NCBI GenBank assembly: GCA_951406725.2
Contig: OX597815.1
Span: 97,464,001 to 97,528,000, forward strand
DNA: 64,000 bases
Direction of reading: 5' to 3'
Origin: Octopus vulgaris
Lineage: Eukaryota
Below are positions 1 through 13,985 of this stretch, piece after piece. The notes below the pieces were generated by a model. That model was not told the origin of the DNA. It made no database searches and saw only the letters and a list, made by a program, of their open reading frames with translations. Every line of letters begins with the position of its first letter. The first letter of the stretch is position 1. The position numbers were made by a program, and so were the translations under genes.

Positions 1-555
1 ACGGGGATTACATGGAGTCGCTGACGATGTATCGGGATGATCAAAAATCCGGCCTGCTAAAATTTGGTTAAAGTGATTCAAGCTGCAGACTCAACGCAAA
101 ATGGTCACATTTAATTCAAGGCGTTAAAGATGTTATGAAAACAATTGGTATGTGTTCACAAAGTCCAAACGATTAATACGAAAAAAACCTCCAGGCTACA
201 TCCCGAAAATTCATTTCTTTGCCGAATTTCTACAATGTTTACGGCGATTCGTTTTTATATCTTGATCTTTTATTTTTCATGCAATTTACGCATGCTTGCA
301 CGCGTGGTGAACACGGTTCACGTCAAACATCTGACTGAGTAAAGTTCACTATTCAATGCATGGGATAAGGCCTAAACAAACACATTATCGATTTTTGCCC
401 TTGCGAGATGAATTTCGAAACAGAATTTGCGCAGTTCAATTTTCGTTCGCCTAAACTTTAAGTGACCCATTTTTGGTGGTTCTACGATTTGTTGGCTAGG
501 AGGAGATGTGCCGAGAAGTTCAACACACAGACACACGAGTTTTATATATATAGAT
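1..555 (+). mobile_element. Probable 3' part of a non-autonomous Helitron/Helentron-associated (DINE-1/HINE-like) element
   Basis: Ends in GGAGGAGATGTG...ACACACAGACACAC...TTTTATATATATAGAT (499-555), a short microsatellite followed by a TATATAGAT terminus, as in HINE-like elements. The 5' end is outside the window. Confidence 0.35.
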
Positions 556-3500
556 ATCACCTTAACTGTTCTATTCTTATAATGTTTATTTAATTATGTT
601 GTACTCTCGTATGGATTAATACTCCTTCTCCATACACCGTTTTATGCTAGTCAAATATGTAAGTTATACCAACTCAAAGAACAAAAATTCTCTCAGTGAG
701 GACGTGTTGAAGATGTTACACCTTTCATTTCCAATTGTACCGGAATAACTCTTCCGTTGTAAGAAAACATTGAGATTCATGTAATATCATGTCACCGGTT
801 TTACTTTTGTTTGGACCCTGTCGAAGAAATTTCTAATATTGTTCGCTTTAACAAGTACATGTAGACTCAATCAGCACACGATCCGTAAATTCGTGCTAGG
901 AGACAAGAAAGAAAGATTTATATTATCTCTTGGAAAAATAACAAAAAGCATGTTAAAGACAAGGAAGACACCTATGATCCGAGATGAAATGAAATAAAGA
1001 TGTGTTATCATGATCTATACCAGCGGGGTTTCTTCGGAGAAAGAATTGAAATAGTATATGTAATATGTACATAGATATGATCTTTGTTGAGAGTCACATG
1101 AATATTAGCTCTTGTGTGTGTGAGTGTGTGTGTGCGTGTGTGTAAGTGTTTGTGTGCAAACATAGATAAGCAGACAAGTCATATTCATGCACCCTTCGTA
1201 CATTGTATACATACGTAGATTCGCGCGCGCGCACACACGCACACATACATACCGACATACATACACACACACGCACAAATATATGCACACATACAAGCAC
1301 TTGTACACGCATTAATATATTTGTGCAGGATGTTACGTGCGTGTATACATATTTGTCTTCATTGTTCTTCATTGCCTTTAAAATGAAGCAAAGGAAGCCA
1401 ATAAAATAACTATTCTTGTCAAGATCGTATAGGATATGTTAGTTATTTGAAGCTTATAAAAAGAGCACTGCATGTTCTAATTTTTGATAAGCACACCTAC
1501 GTTGGGTTTGTGATTTGATGTATTCCTAAGTATTCACAAGCGAAATAGCATTCATTGTACTGGCGGTATTAAGATAAGACAGTTTTGAATAAATAACTGA
1601 GTAGTTATGTCACAGACTGATCGATAGAAAATTTTAGGTTTTATACAAATAGTATTCTTCAAGTACTTACTTAAGTGCATAGAATGTGACGGCAATGTTT
1701 GCTGATTTTCTTTATGTTGTTTTTTTTTTCTATGCCAGGTTGTGATCATTAAGATATTTTCGTTATGACCATCCTAAGTTTTTTGTTTGGTCAGCATGTC
1801 CAGAGAGTAACTTATCAAACCTGCTCTTTCCTTAAATTGTGTATTGACTGCTATTTCTAAAATAAAATATTAATTGGATGAGTTCTTTTGTACATAGAGA
1901 CTGAAATAAATGAAATTTGTTATAACTTAGCCTTGGTGTTTCTGTACTGGTCAAGGTATCCGCCGACATAAGACCCGATTCCGCTTATATGTTACACAGG
2001 ATTTAATCTGGACTATAGATTAAGGCATGATGATATGGCAGCACACGTTTGTTCAGACACTGGCATTGTACACAAAATCACGTTGTTCGAAGAGAAATTC
2101 TTATTCAGAGTGTTATTACTGCGCTTACAGTGAAAACTGTCTAGAATATCAGAACATTCTGAAATACCTCATAGAAGGACTCATACAGTAGATATTTTCA
2201 ATATAGGTTAGATATGGACTGATTGTCAATAATTCAACTATGTGGCATTACTGATGAAAAGTACGTGGCTGCGAAGCATTGTACAGCTTGTAGTACTGTA
2301 CAGAGGAGGCAGTCATACTGTTTATAACTATGAGGTCGAATAAGCTGTACAGCGTTCCTCGGAATCGTTAAAGTGTCAGGCCAGACTATATTTCTTCTCA
2401 GCAGTTTACTTATCTTAGTTCAAATCCCGATGAAGTCAACTCTAGCAGATTTCAATCTGTGATGCAATTATCTTGGTTAATTCAATCGAATTTACCTCTT
2501 CTTAAATGCATCTGACCTTGTTTTGATGTTATAAATCATTAGATGAAATTCACCGTAATCGTTAATCGGATAATAAAAGATGTTGATAATCACAAGGAGA
2601 GTTGTATACTGTGGGGAATGATATGAGGCCATGCTGGCAGAAGTAAAGGGCTTCTAATAGTTACTTGAAGCCAATGCAGCCGCTGCAGCATTGGAAGTTT
2701 ATTATATGTGTATGTGTGAAATGTTTAATATGTGATATTAGCAAAGAAAAGACAAGATGACGTCTACATTTAAAACAACAAGAATAAGGGCAGGCTGGAA
2801 TTGCTAGATAAACTTTTGGAAAAAATATATTTCCTATACATCAATGTATTCAGATAATTCTTTGAATTTCCTACGAATTCATGTGACACGGATTTGTTGC
2901 TTCGTTCGGATTTTTATTATAACCAATACAATTGCTGATGCAAGTATTATAGATGCTGACACTGAAAGGCATTTCGTTTGTAGAGATATGAGAAGAAAAA
3001 AAGGATAAGGAAATATAGAAACAGAAAACTCTTCTACCTAACTGCATGCATAAAATATTGGACAAGTTTTTTTACAGTTAAATTTATTTGATATTATTGT
3101 ACCTGATATAAAACATAACCGAGGTGGTCATATTTATAGCAATTTTCACAGTGACAGATTAAGATGAGAAAATCTTACTAATAAACTGTATTACTGTAAT
3201 CATCTATAAATACATCTCGTATATTACACTTACAAGAAGTAATAGTAATCTGGAGTATATCTACGTTGAAGCAATATGGTAATGCGTGTGTCTGTATAAT
3301 GTATGTATATGGATTTGTATATGTATATGTGTGTGTTTCTATATGTGTCTATGTATGTATGTTTTCACTTTTTATTTATTAGAATGCTTCTAGAAGCTGC
3401 AGACCTCTTTGTAACAATACAAATATGTTCGAATATTGGAATTTGGGAAGTATTATATATGTTTATCTTGTTCCACTCCTAGTTTATATGTATAAAGTGC

Positions 3501-4115
3501 TTGTTAGCCGGCCTCTTCAATTCAGAACCTTGGCTCATCCAGTTTGTTGCTTAGACATTTGCTAACATAGCCAAGGGCAACAATCATTTTCATATAACTG
3601 TGATTTATAATCAGTACGGAGGTGTAACATATTTCGAGGTAACTAACAATGAATATTTTCTTTACGCTGGTTTTATAAGACATGCCCACATGCTGACCTC
3701 TAGGAATGTGCACAGCATTCCTTCTTTTCCTTCTCAAATATTTATTTCAATTAAGCACTTTGTATATGTTGTAATGGGAATGTTTAACCGATATTCCTCA
3801 TGTTAATATGTATTCATATGTTCAATATCATGCGTGTTGTTTACATTTATACCAGGAGATTCTTTTCTGTGCATGGCATCATTATTTTAGCAACATCATG
3901 TCGTAGTTGAAATTTTCGAGTTCCGTTGACATATGCTATAAGATTAACAGATAACAAACGTAATCAAATTTACGTTGTATCACGAAAGTTTAAGTATGTC
4001 ATTGATCCATTTATTCATTTGAAATTTCATAAATACTACCTGCTTTTTGAATGCAGCAAGAAAACCCTTGAGATGTGACGTGAGATAAAGATCGTGACAA
4101 CAAGAAACGCTACAC

Positions 4116-4241
4116 TTCGGGTTGATATCATCCTCTTCAAGTTTACGGAAAATTTACTAAAGTTTAACCTTTTCAGGATTCGGGTTGATATCACCCTCTT
4201 CAAGTTTACGGAAAATTTACTCATGTTTGGCCTTTTCGGGA
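4116..4241. repeat. Tandem duplication, 2 x 63 bp
   Basis: TTCGGGTTGATATCA(T/C)CCTCTTCAAGTTTACGGAAAATTTACT... starts at both 4116 and 4179. Confidence 0.9.
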
Positions 4242-5752
4242 ATGCAGTTTCTTTCCTTCTACTTTTCCCTTTTTTTTTTGGTGATGTGTCGTTAGCTCTA
4301 TATTTGTGGGTTCATATATGAAGTAATCAGGAAGTGAGCGTTTCTAGCAGTGTACTACAAACTTGCAGGATGTTGCTCACTTAATTTCCATGTATATGGT
4401 TGATATTTTGCTGATAGTTTTTAGCAGGGTTTGTCTGAAATCATATATGGCACTCAAAAGCTGTATGTAATGATCCTAAGCACCCTTTGCTTTCTTTTTT
4501 ACTGAAATATAGATAATGAATATTACATTTTCAGTGAAATTTGAAGTTGTATCCATTAACTCTTAGGTTTTAAGGTCTATATCGGGGATTCTCCCTATAG
4601 ACTAGTTGCGAGTACTGACTGCATTACGCATGGTTTTGTTACATGTCTACTACAGAACGCAACACGCTAGAGATAGCTCGAACTATTAAACTGAAGTTAG
4701 AGTATGTCATATGACAGATAATCGGCTCACATGAGAGTTAATCTTTATAATTCACAATCAACAATATATTCTTCTAAAACGGCAAGATCTTTAAACATCA
4801 TAAATTTCATTCTTACGATTTTCTTTATGGGGATAGTATCAGAAAGAAGATCTAGGCATTTAATGGTGGTAAAATTTGCATACAGCCGGTTTAATATCAA
4901 GGAGACTTAGCAATCAAGTGGGAAGACGTACTACAAATCAAATATTTATCTTATAATAATAATGTTATCAATTAAAGCATGTAGAACATGTGAAGCTGTT
5001 ACAGTACCTTCTCAAATGTAGGATGTTACCACTACAATAAATAATAATGTTGTTATTTCAATTAATTCTGAATTAGATGAACGTTTGTTCACATATACTG
5101 ACATTTCTTGCCATTAATTTGAAAGTGCGTATTAAATCATTTTTTATTGAAATCGCTAATGCCTTTTCTGCCCACAAATAAGTAGTTCGGTGGTTTTGAA
5201 ATTAATGATATTGCCCTTGACTATAATTAATAACGTCAAAGTTTCAACAATGGAAAATGTTTATGTAATTTTATTGTTGCGAAAAATTCTAAATCTCTTC
5301 AAATGGGAAAAAAATAATTATGATACTTTATAATACGGTGCAACAATGAACGTGCAAAAACACCTCAATGCTTTTTATGGTTTGTTATAAAATTTTGACG
5401 CTGTTCTTATATTGTTTTTTTTTCAAGCAATCATTTATTGAAAGAAGGATAATAGAAGTTAGCTCGCTGCCGTACTTAGCCAAGATTTTTGTTGAAATAT
5501 CACAACTACTTGATCAACATACTCAAAATTAAAGTAAAGGATAAATGATGTGCGACATTTGAAAGTAATTGGTATTATGAGAAAAATCGTAAAATGATTT
5601 GGAGAATGTCATGACCACTTTTCAAGGAAAAATAAATAACAACTGTTAATCTTTTAAATGTAACTTACATTTAATTGAATGTTGTGGTATGTGAATCTAG
5701 TTCAGACATTTTACCAGAAAGCTACCAAACACATACATACATACATAGATAC

Positions 5753-5814
<62 letters not shown>

Positions 5815-5820
5815 GCATAC

Positions 5821-6142
5821 AGGAATGTGCGAAAGCGGTAAAGCCGCTAAAGATAGCTAAGAGGATCGAGGAATGCCCATTTGGAAGACGGAAAAAGTTG
5901 TCAGTAAGCCTCCACTGGGATTCGAACCTTGAACTTCTCAAATTCCGGCTGAACACTTTAAACCAATAAGCTAAGACACCATGTGGCGGCAAATTCTAAT
6001 TAAAATATTAAATGATAGCAGCCGGGATTTCAGAGGTGCAGGTTTCGATTCCCTGTCGAGGCTTGCTGGCCACTTTTTTCCGTCTTCTAAATATACAATC
6101 CTCCAAGCTGTCCTCACAGCCTTCTTGCGTTTGCGAATTCCT
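5821..6142. mobile_element. Foldback element built from two divergently oriented tRNA-derived (Pol III) heads
   Basis: Minus-strand arm has A-box TAGCTTATTGG and B-box GGTTCGAATCC. Plus-strand arm has GGTTTCGATTCC. Both continue GAGGCTT.CTG.C.ACTTTTT(T)CCGTCTTC.AAAT. Outer ends are AGGAAT...ATTCCT. Confidence 0.6.
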
Positions 6143-6239
6143 TATTTTCTTTAGATTACCGACACTAATGTCACTGGCGCTTTTAAGTTTGCTCACAATA
6201 TATTTGTTTATAAGCTCATTTATCATATATATATATATA

Positions 6240-6433
6240 TTTAATCCAAACATGAAAACACAACAACGCGAGGACGTGGAACAAATATAGTATTATTGGA
6301 CGCTCAGGAAGGAAGGGAAGAAGGAGGGTTTTACGTTTCGTACGGAGCTCTTCGTCAGAAACATAGGAAAAGGAAAGATCTAGAGAAGGGAAGCCGGAGG
6401 AAAAAAATCGCCAACGGTACACACGCGGTCACA
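6240..6433 (-). mobile_element. Short repeat carrying a minimal hammerhead-like motif (Penelope pLTR/retrozyme-like), copy 1
   Basis: Minus strand reads GTTT-CTGACGA-A-GAGCTCCGTAC-GAAAC-GTA-AAAC. Homologous to 19375-19565, 25300-25575 and 37000-37103. Confidence 0.6.
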
Positions 6434-7149
6434 TGTATATTACACAACGTAATTAATCAAGGGATTTCCAGCTTTGTCTTATTCTCACGTTTTATTTACA
6501 ATATTATGATGATATAATAGAAGATAATATAGTATAATGAAGTGATACAATTTTAAATGTTCAATTCGATTGATTAGTAGTTTCATGTATTTAAACTATG
6601 CAATTTTCAGGTTCATGTAGTAGTCGTGACAGTTATGTTTTACAATTTACAAACGTAGTGAAATGGCTAAACTGTGTGCCTCAACTACATTCGTATAGGC
6701 TCCAGAATGTTAAGTTTTGCACACTGTATTCTGACCAATTAGTGTGTGTTTTCACTTAATTAAGTTGACTGGTTTTGGGTTTAGGCGTCACGGTTTGTTG
6801 AACATGTGTAAAGACCTGTATTTTGACCCTGGTCAAAGCAGTGATTGGCTATTTTTAGAAATGTTGTAAACAATATTTCCCAGAGATCTTTACATTTCAA
6901 TTATCATCATCGCCATTATATTATCCTCTCCTTTATCACTATTGTCGTTGGTTGTGGTGGTGGTGGTGGTGATGGTGGTAACTGTAGTAATAGAACTTTA
7001 AACCCTAAATAAGAGTATTTTTACTGACTTTTCTCTTGACTTAGCTAGTATTTTCCTGCTATTGTCTTCATGAGAACCTTTAGTATTGTTGTTGTTGTTG
7101 ATGTTGTTAGTGATAGTGGTCGTAGGAGTATAAATAGTACCTCTAAGAA

Positions 7150-8948
7150 TTAGTATTTTTTTTATTTAGCTTAGGTTGGAATTTATCAATAATTTTCTTT
7201 TCTCTGATCTTTCTCTCGTTCGACCACAAGTTACGAGATGGTTACACAAAGGTATCTGACGTACATCTGGGTCTCTAATTTGCTGTCAGTGCACACGCGA
7301 ACGTTCTAATAGTGATTTTCTAGTCTGACCCATATAAACCTCTTCACAATTCGCGTATTTGCTGCAGTAAATTAAATTCATGCTTTTGCTGTTCATATTT
7401 GCACTTATGAATGTTTTTTCCGGTTTCTGCGTCCATATATTGCCGATAGGTATGGAGTGGTATGTGCCACACCGGCTATCATTGCATTTAGATGCATTGA
7501 ATGATTGGTCTTTTTCGCTTATGCAAAACTTTGCTTTTGCTAATAATTTTTTAAAGTTATTATTCCTATACTAAGAAACATAGCTCGATCCGTTATTATA
7601 TCTTTTAATTCATTAATTTGAGCAATGATTGGTAGATTGGCTTTGGCAATGTTGAAGATATTCTGGTGACGTGGATTGTGTGTCCCTCTAAATAGTATTA
7701 CTTGTTCTTTTGTTCCTCTTCTTTGGGTTCTCCTAAGTTGTTGTATGGGTATTATAGCCCGCTCTATGCCATTTTCTATATATAGAGACGGATATGTTTG
7801 TTTGAGTAAAAATTCTCTAAGTTTTTGTTACTGATATTCGTATCTTAATCAATAGTACAAATTCTTCTGCTTAGGCAGTATGATATGTTGCGTTTTTCAT
7901 GCGGTGGTTTGTACGACTTAACATTTCGGTATTTATGCGTGTCCGTTTGTTTATTGTATATATCTTTGTTAGTGATGGTGTCCTTTTTAATTACCATTAT
8001 ATCTAGGAATTGTAATTTGGAGAGCTAGGTGTATGTTGTTCAGGAGGATAATGGATTCTTCCAGAGTTTTTAGAGATTCTGTCTTGATTATGAAACAGTC
8101 GTCAAGGTGTCTTTTCCAAACCTTTTCAATATACTTTTTTAATTCAGTGCTGAAGCTTTCCTCTACTTCTTGGTAGATTTATTGTTCTCAGTTTCCTATT
8201 ACAGAGTTCGCATAAACGAGAGTAACCTCATTCCCATCACCGTGCCTTTAATTTGGATGTAATTCTTTCCATCGAAGAAGAATGTGCTATTTTCCAGAAT
8301 ACGTTTGTCTGCGTCCAATAGAAATGGCACTGTGAATCATTTGGAAATCACTTCTCTATCTTTTTCCATCCAGTATTTAATCGCCTTTATTCCTAAATCA
8401 TGTGGAATATTGGTGTAAAGGCTTACCACATCAAAACTAAATAAAAGTGAATTTGTTTCTGATGTTTTGTGAAGGCAGGACAGGAAGTCGTTGCCATCCC
8501 GTATCAAACTAGGTATGTAGGTACATATTGGCTTCAAAACAATGTCAACAAAATTGCATAGACGCTGGGTAGGGCATGCTGGATCAGCTATAATAGGTCT
8601 AAGTTTTAAGTCTTTTGTATAGAGTAATTTTATGTAGTTACTTCCTTGTTCTTTTACTGCATGTTGAATATCTTTTGACTGATGTATTTTTGGTAAGCCG
8701 TAGAAGTTGCTGGGTTTTGGCTCGAAATTGCTGATGTAGTCTCTTTCATCATCGGTGAGTTGTGGTATTCTGAAACCAGGTTGTTGATCTTCATGATGAG
8801 GTGATCTAAATTTGAAAGTATTTTGGGTGAGGACCACCTGAAGAACACGACCTTCTGTTGTGAAATATTTTCAAATATAAATCACATCATGAAGGTCAAC
8901 AACCTGATTTCAGAACACCACATCACACCGATGAAAGAGACTACATCA
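7150..8948 (-). mobile_element. Degenerate Penelope-like retroelement (RT + GIY-YIG endonuclease), 5'-truncated with terminal inversion
   Basis: ORF 8337-8837 has FYGLPKIH, LRPIIA and SFDVVSLYTNIP. Downstream broken frames give QIKGTVMG, WKRHLDDCF, linker CNDSRCG and GIY-YIG-like NLIYC..NCEEVYMGQTRKSLLERSRVH (~7260-7380). Confidence 0.9.
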
Positions 8949-10918
8949 CCATGGTGCGTACGGAGCCATGTATGCATTGATGTCGTGTTCAATTCCCAGT
9001 AGTTCGGCCAGTCTTTTTTCGCTCTAGGTTTATTTGGAGCATATATTATTGTAAATAATATATGATTATCGTTACTATTAAAAGGAACCTATGTATGTCA
9101 CTCTTCTCCGTAATTTACAGTCTTTGGGTTTGTTTACAAATTATATATATATATATATATATATATAGTTTTGTAAAATATTCAGATTCTGTCACTGAAT
9201 TTCTTAGGGAACTTATCCTAAAGTTATAGAACTATTAAGGAGATATCTTCCAAATGGTGCAAAATGAATTTTCTGTAAAAGGTTTCCGTACTACTTCAAG
9301 TAGCTTCCACATGATTGCTGTAAAAGCCACATATATTTCTTCCACATCACCTTTACGGGAATCTCAAAACTATAAAAAACTAAGCTGAAATATTTTGTTC
9401 TTTCATCTTCATTTGAAGTAGCTGATGCATTTGAAGTATTTGTTAGTACTTCTCTCTCCAAGGTTAGTTACGTCGCATTTTCAAGTGCATAAATTACTTG
9501 TGAAGGGAAACATTCTTCGGATTCATAAAAATTAATTCCGTTTATTGAATGTTTCAAATTGTTATACTGTTACCATATCAGTAAACTATCGGTTATATTT
9601 TCATGGCATTTAACAAACATTAAAAACAATAAATGCATCACGTTAGTTATTGGAATTGGTACAGAAGGGAGCAACGACATTTAATTAGTTGTTCGTAGAT
9701 ATTATATCAAACGAATTTTCTTAGAAAATACTAGCATTTCATATCACTATGTTGGCAATTTTGAAAGGTGTTACCATTTCTAATAAAATGATGCTCGATT
9801 AGAGAAAATTGAAATAAAATCATTACCAACTTAGCTCCCCCTCCACTTCATGAATAATAAAATTATATCATATCGACAGCTGTGACTTTTCTCCACTCAA
9901 GTTCAATATATCAAGATCTAGCGGGTAAATGTAGAATTTTAATGACTGTACACCTTGCAAAAATGCGAATTTCCTGTAATTCAATTTATAATGGGAAGAA
10001 TGGAAATGTAGTAATACAGCAGTGAGCAAAATGAGTAGCACAAACAGTTTTAAGACTGGGGAATTCATTATAAACGCAAGCTGTATTATTTTTACTAGAT
10101 CATCTATAAAATAGTTACTTACAGTAATATAATCATACATAATTCTATCAAGCTACAAAATGACTATGTGCAACCTATCAATATAAATTGACAACTCAAT
10201 TTCTGATTTTAATGATTAGACCTTCAACTGGCGCTGGTGTAATTCAATCATTCGACATGTGAATAATATGGTTCGAACAATGGAATTGCTTACTCCTGAA
10301 TTAATGTGTTCCTGGTTGAGTATTCCACACACTCGTGTTCGCTGACAAATTCTCATACAGTATCTGCATGGCAAAGTATTTCATAATCCACTAACTTGTA
10401 AGGAGCAGGTACAATCATCCCGACAGTTTACTATGCAGTTTGTCAACATAATGCCACTCATAATATATGGGGTGACCTGATGCCTTAGACAATATTCATT
10501 CAAGATGCCAAACAGTGAGATCGAACCTGAGATCCTGTGATTGTGAATCAAAATTCTTAAACATCCAGCCATATTTCGCATACACATCTCAAATTACATT
10601 GACACATACATCTTGAAATACCCGTATGAGTAAGATAACAAAAAATATCTCTTATTTAATCTTGCATACAGTTTCTCTCAGCTGTTTACGTACATATATA
10701 TTCTCACACTTATTTCAACAACATTTGTTGCTCCCACCTACCCTTACCATGTATATTAACATTGTGCTTCATCAAAGCAAAACTACATTGCGTTTGTAAA
10801 AGAACTGAAAATTCATAGCTATCTCAATATACTACTAGTAACATGAGCACAAACAAACATACATATACTACATGCACACATACAAACAAACACAGATACA
10901 TGTATATACAAATAATCC

Positions 10919-10969
<51 letters not shown>

Positions 10970-11995
10970 TGTGCGTGCGTGAATTCACAAGTTCTGAATA
11001 TAACTATAAACCGTATGACACTGATCCCAAATTTTATTTCCTCTTGTAAACGTGACACTTAAACTTTCAGAATATTGCGCATATACATGATACTCAAACG
11101 TGCACTCTCTCTGCCTTTCTGTCTCTCTCACGCACACGCACACACATGCATACACGCACACACACATACACACAAACATATATGTATATGCATAAACATT
11201 TGAATGTTTGTATATACATTTATATATATGTATATGTATACCTATGTATATGTGTATATATATATATATATGCATGTATGTATGTATGTATGTATGAATG
11301 TATGCATTTGTGTGTGTGTGTGTGTGTGTGGCAGTGGTATTACGGTGAGTGTGTAAAAGTTAATTTGCTAAACTATAGTTCTGTTTTCGATAACCCTATT
11401 TGCAATTTTAGTTAAATATTCTTATACATAAATTCGAAACACTCCGTTCCTTGTGACAGAAATTGATGAACGGAAATTGTGTTTCAGTTATTTAAAGTTA
11501 AAGACTTACCACACTCTATGTCAGCATTCAGTTCAACTACACATTACTCTCTCGCTTGCAGTGATCTGAATACTGCAGTTAGCTGGGAGTTTAATATCCT
11601 ACTTCGTATATGAAACTGAATAGCCTATTGCGAAACGACGCCGGTACTGTGAAACAATTTTGGATTAAAACGTGTTCAACTACGTACAATAACTGAGTAG
11701 ACATGAGCAACTTGTATCCTGCTAAAGAATAAGACCCACCGTTTATTTTTCCAGGCATTGATCAAACAAACGAATTGTCATAAACTACATGCACTCACTT
11801 CTCTCTCAAGCGCCTTCAAGCTATAATAAGAAAATCAAATACACCCTTCATACATGTAACAAGTAAGGGAACTTAATACTATAAAACGATGTAAAGAAAC
11901 ACACACACGCACCTTCGTATACGCACGTACACACAGACATATATACATGTCTGTGTGAATGTGTATATGTGTGTGTATGTATGTATGTATGTATA

Positions 11996-12308
11996 TATTG
12001 GCTCGTCCCATAAATAATGCATTTTTTTATACAACTTTAATTTTTCAAAAATAAGTTTCAAGAAGTCCTTTTTTAATCTAAAATATACTCTCCTTCATCT
12101 CTTACAATGCTTTTCTCTCTATCTGGTAGACTTGCAAGGTTCCTCTTCCTAAAATTCATTTGTCGGTGACGAAAATTATTCTTTCAGTACTGATCCGACC
12201 TCGTCTACGAAATTCATAATTTCTTCGACCAAATGATTTTGAAGGCTGCAGAATTATTGATAATCAGAAGGAGCAATGTCCGGCGAATACGGTGGTTGGG
12301 GTACCGTT
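11996..12308 (-). mobile_element. mariner transposon 3' end (transposase C-terminus + TIR), degenerate
   Basis: Minus strand translates PQPPYSPDIAPSDYQ*F...LPDR...GEYILD*, followed by a TIR-like end (TTATTTATGGGACGAGCCAATA) next to a TA. Confidence 0.85.
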
Positions 12309-13019
12309 ATCATTCTGACATCTCTAACTAGCACTCGAGCACATACGCACATTGACGAATATAAATATATGTGTGAAAGAAATACAGAAATACCTCTGGA
12401 ATAAACGTTAATTGAAAAGGACAATTCTATTTCATTTTCTCTTTTTAAATTTGCTGAAAATCCATTTCAATTTAAAGTGTGAAAATGTATATTGACTCGT
12501 CTATTAGTTTCCTCCAGTCTGTTTGTTCGAGAAACATCGTAGAAATATAACGTTTGATAGTAATACTCCCATTCTATTTGTGTGTGTTTTCCAAGTGTTT
12601 ATGGATGAATCTGTATCTCCCGCCCTCTCTCACACACAAATACCATCACACACGCATGTATTATTACTCAGTTGATATTCAATGAGTGCCTAAAGGCTGT
12701 TCAGTTGATGCTTTATCTTCATAATTATCGTTGAATTTCCTGAATAGGTAAATGTTTTCATGTTCCTCATTTTTAAATGCATGTTTTATATTCTTTGTTA
12801 TATCACCGGCTATACTTTGACTTGAGGAGGTGTTACAAAGGAAGAATTTACTGAGAAGACATTGTTCCCCGAGAGAAATTGCAGAATAATTTGACTGTTG
12901 ACAGAGAAAAAGTTACAGAAATATGTGAGGAAGTGGGTGTTCTCTTTTAGAATATGTAGTGGAAGCAAATGAACTGTTGCTCACACGGTGTCTGCTGTAA
13001 GGATTTCAGTAGCCAGGAT

Positions 13020-13077
13020 ATAATATAATATAATATGATATAATATGATATAATATAATATAATATGATATAATATA

Positions 13078-13126
<49 letters not shown>

Positions 13127-13156
13127 TCACACAGAGAGCGGTGATATATATGTATG

Positions 13157-13192
<36 letters not shown>

Positions 13193-13430
13193 TGTGTGTG
13201 TATGCATGTATATTTATATATGTATGTGTGTATGTAAGTATTAATATATATGTATGTGTATGTATGTATGCATATATATGTGTGTGTGTATGTATATGCA
13301 TACATATATAGATAGATAGATAGACAGAGAGACAGACAGATAGATTGATAGATAGATAGATAGATGGGTAGATGGATGGATGGATGGATGGGTGGATAGA
13401 TAGATGGATAGATGGACGGATAGATAGATG

Positions 13431-13515
<85 letters not shown>

Positions 13516-13528
13516 AAAGATAGATAGA
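13020..13528. repeat. Compound microsatellite (ATAAT)n/(TA)n/(TATG)n/(GATA)n
   Basis: Directly visible. Confidence 0.95.
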
Positions 13529-13659
13529 TGCCGCCGAGGACCATTTTGCCTTTACTTTTTTTTCGGGATCGATCAAATAAGTGCCAGTTGGCTACTGGAG
13601 TAGATGTAATCGACTTATCTCCTGCCCCGAAATAGCTGGTCTGGTGCCAAAATCTGAAA

Positions 13660-13941
13660 TCTCGTTTGCGAATCCATGGAAAACGAACCTCCACTTCTTC
13701 TGCACACTATTCAATGCAATGCATGTCAGAATTTTTGCATATCTAACGGAGGTCTCAAAAGACATTTTAAGATCCACAAAAATCAGAACTTATCTGCAGC
13801 TCTTGGTTGTCAAAATCGGATATGCAATCAGTGGGTGTCTTTTCAAAACATTGTCTGGTTAAAAAGCCACATCAGATGGTATGATGTTTCTAAGGTGTAG
13901 GTACAGAAGGTGGTCAGACTTTGCAGAAGGAGCAGATAACC

Positions 13942-13945
<4 letters not shown>
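13660..13945 (+). mobile_element. 3' end of an RTE-type LINE with C-terminal C2H2 fingers, ending at (AG)n
   Basis: CNACQNFCISNGGLKRHFKIH and a second frameshifted finger (..KTLSG/LKSHIR), then a short 3' UTR running into (AG)n. Confidence 0.55.

Positions 13946-13985
<40 letters not shown>

Noticed and set aside
4116-4241. CRISPR-like or coding repeat
   Set aside because: Only two adjacent 63-bp units, no spacers, eukaryotic context.
4557-4740. piggyBac/Kolobok-like MITE (TTAA-CTCT...AGAG-TTAA)
   Set aside because: Only 4 bp of terminal complementarity; expected by chance.
6611-6660. Additional iGluR exons after strong acceptors (also ~38608, ~39998, ~55439, ~58735)
   Set aside because: Early stops or no similarity to the neighbouring iGluR motifs (..ALxYDAV.., ..IGTW..), and no matching donor.
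13676-13900. C2H2 zinc-finger gene of the expanded octopus ZNF family
   Set aside because: No TGEKP linkers, frameshifted, and it ends in a short UTR plus (AG)n; fits an RTE LINE C-terminus better.
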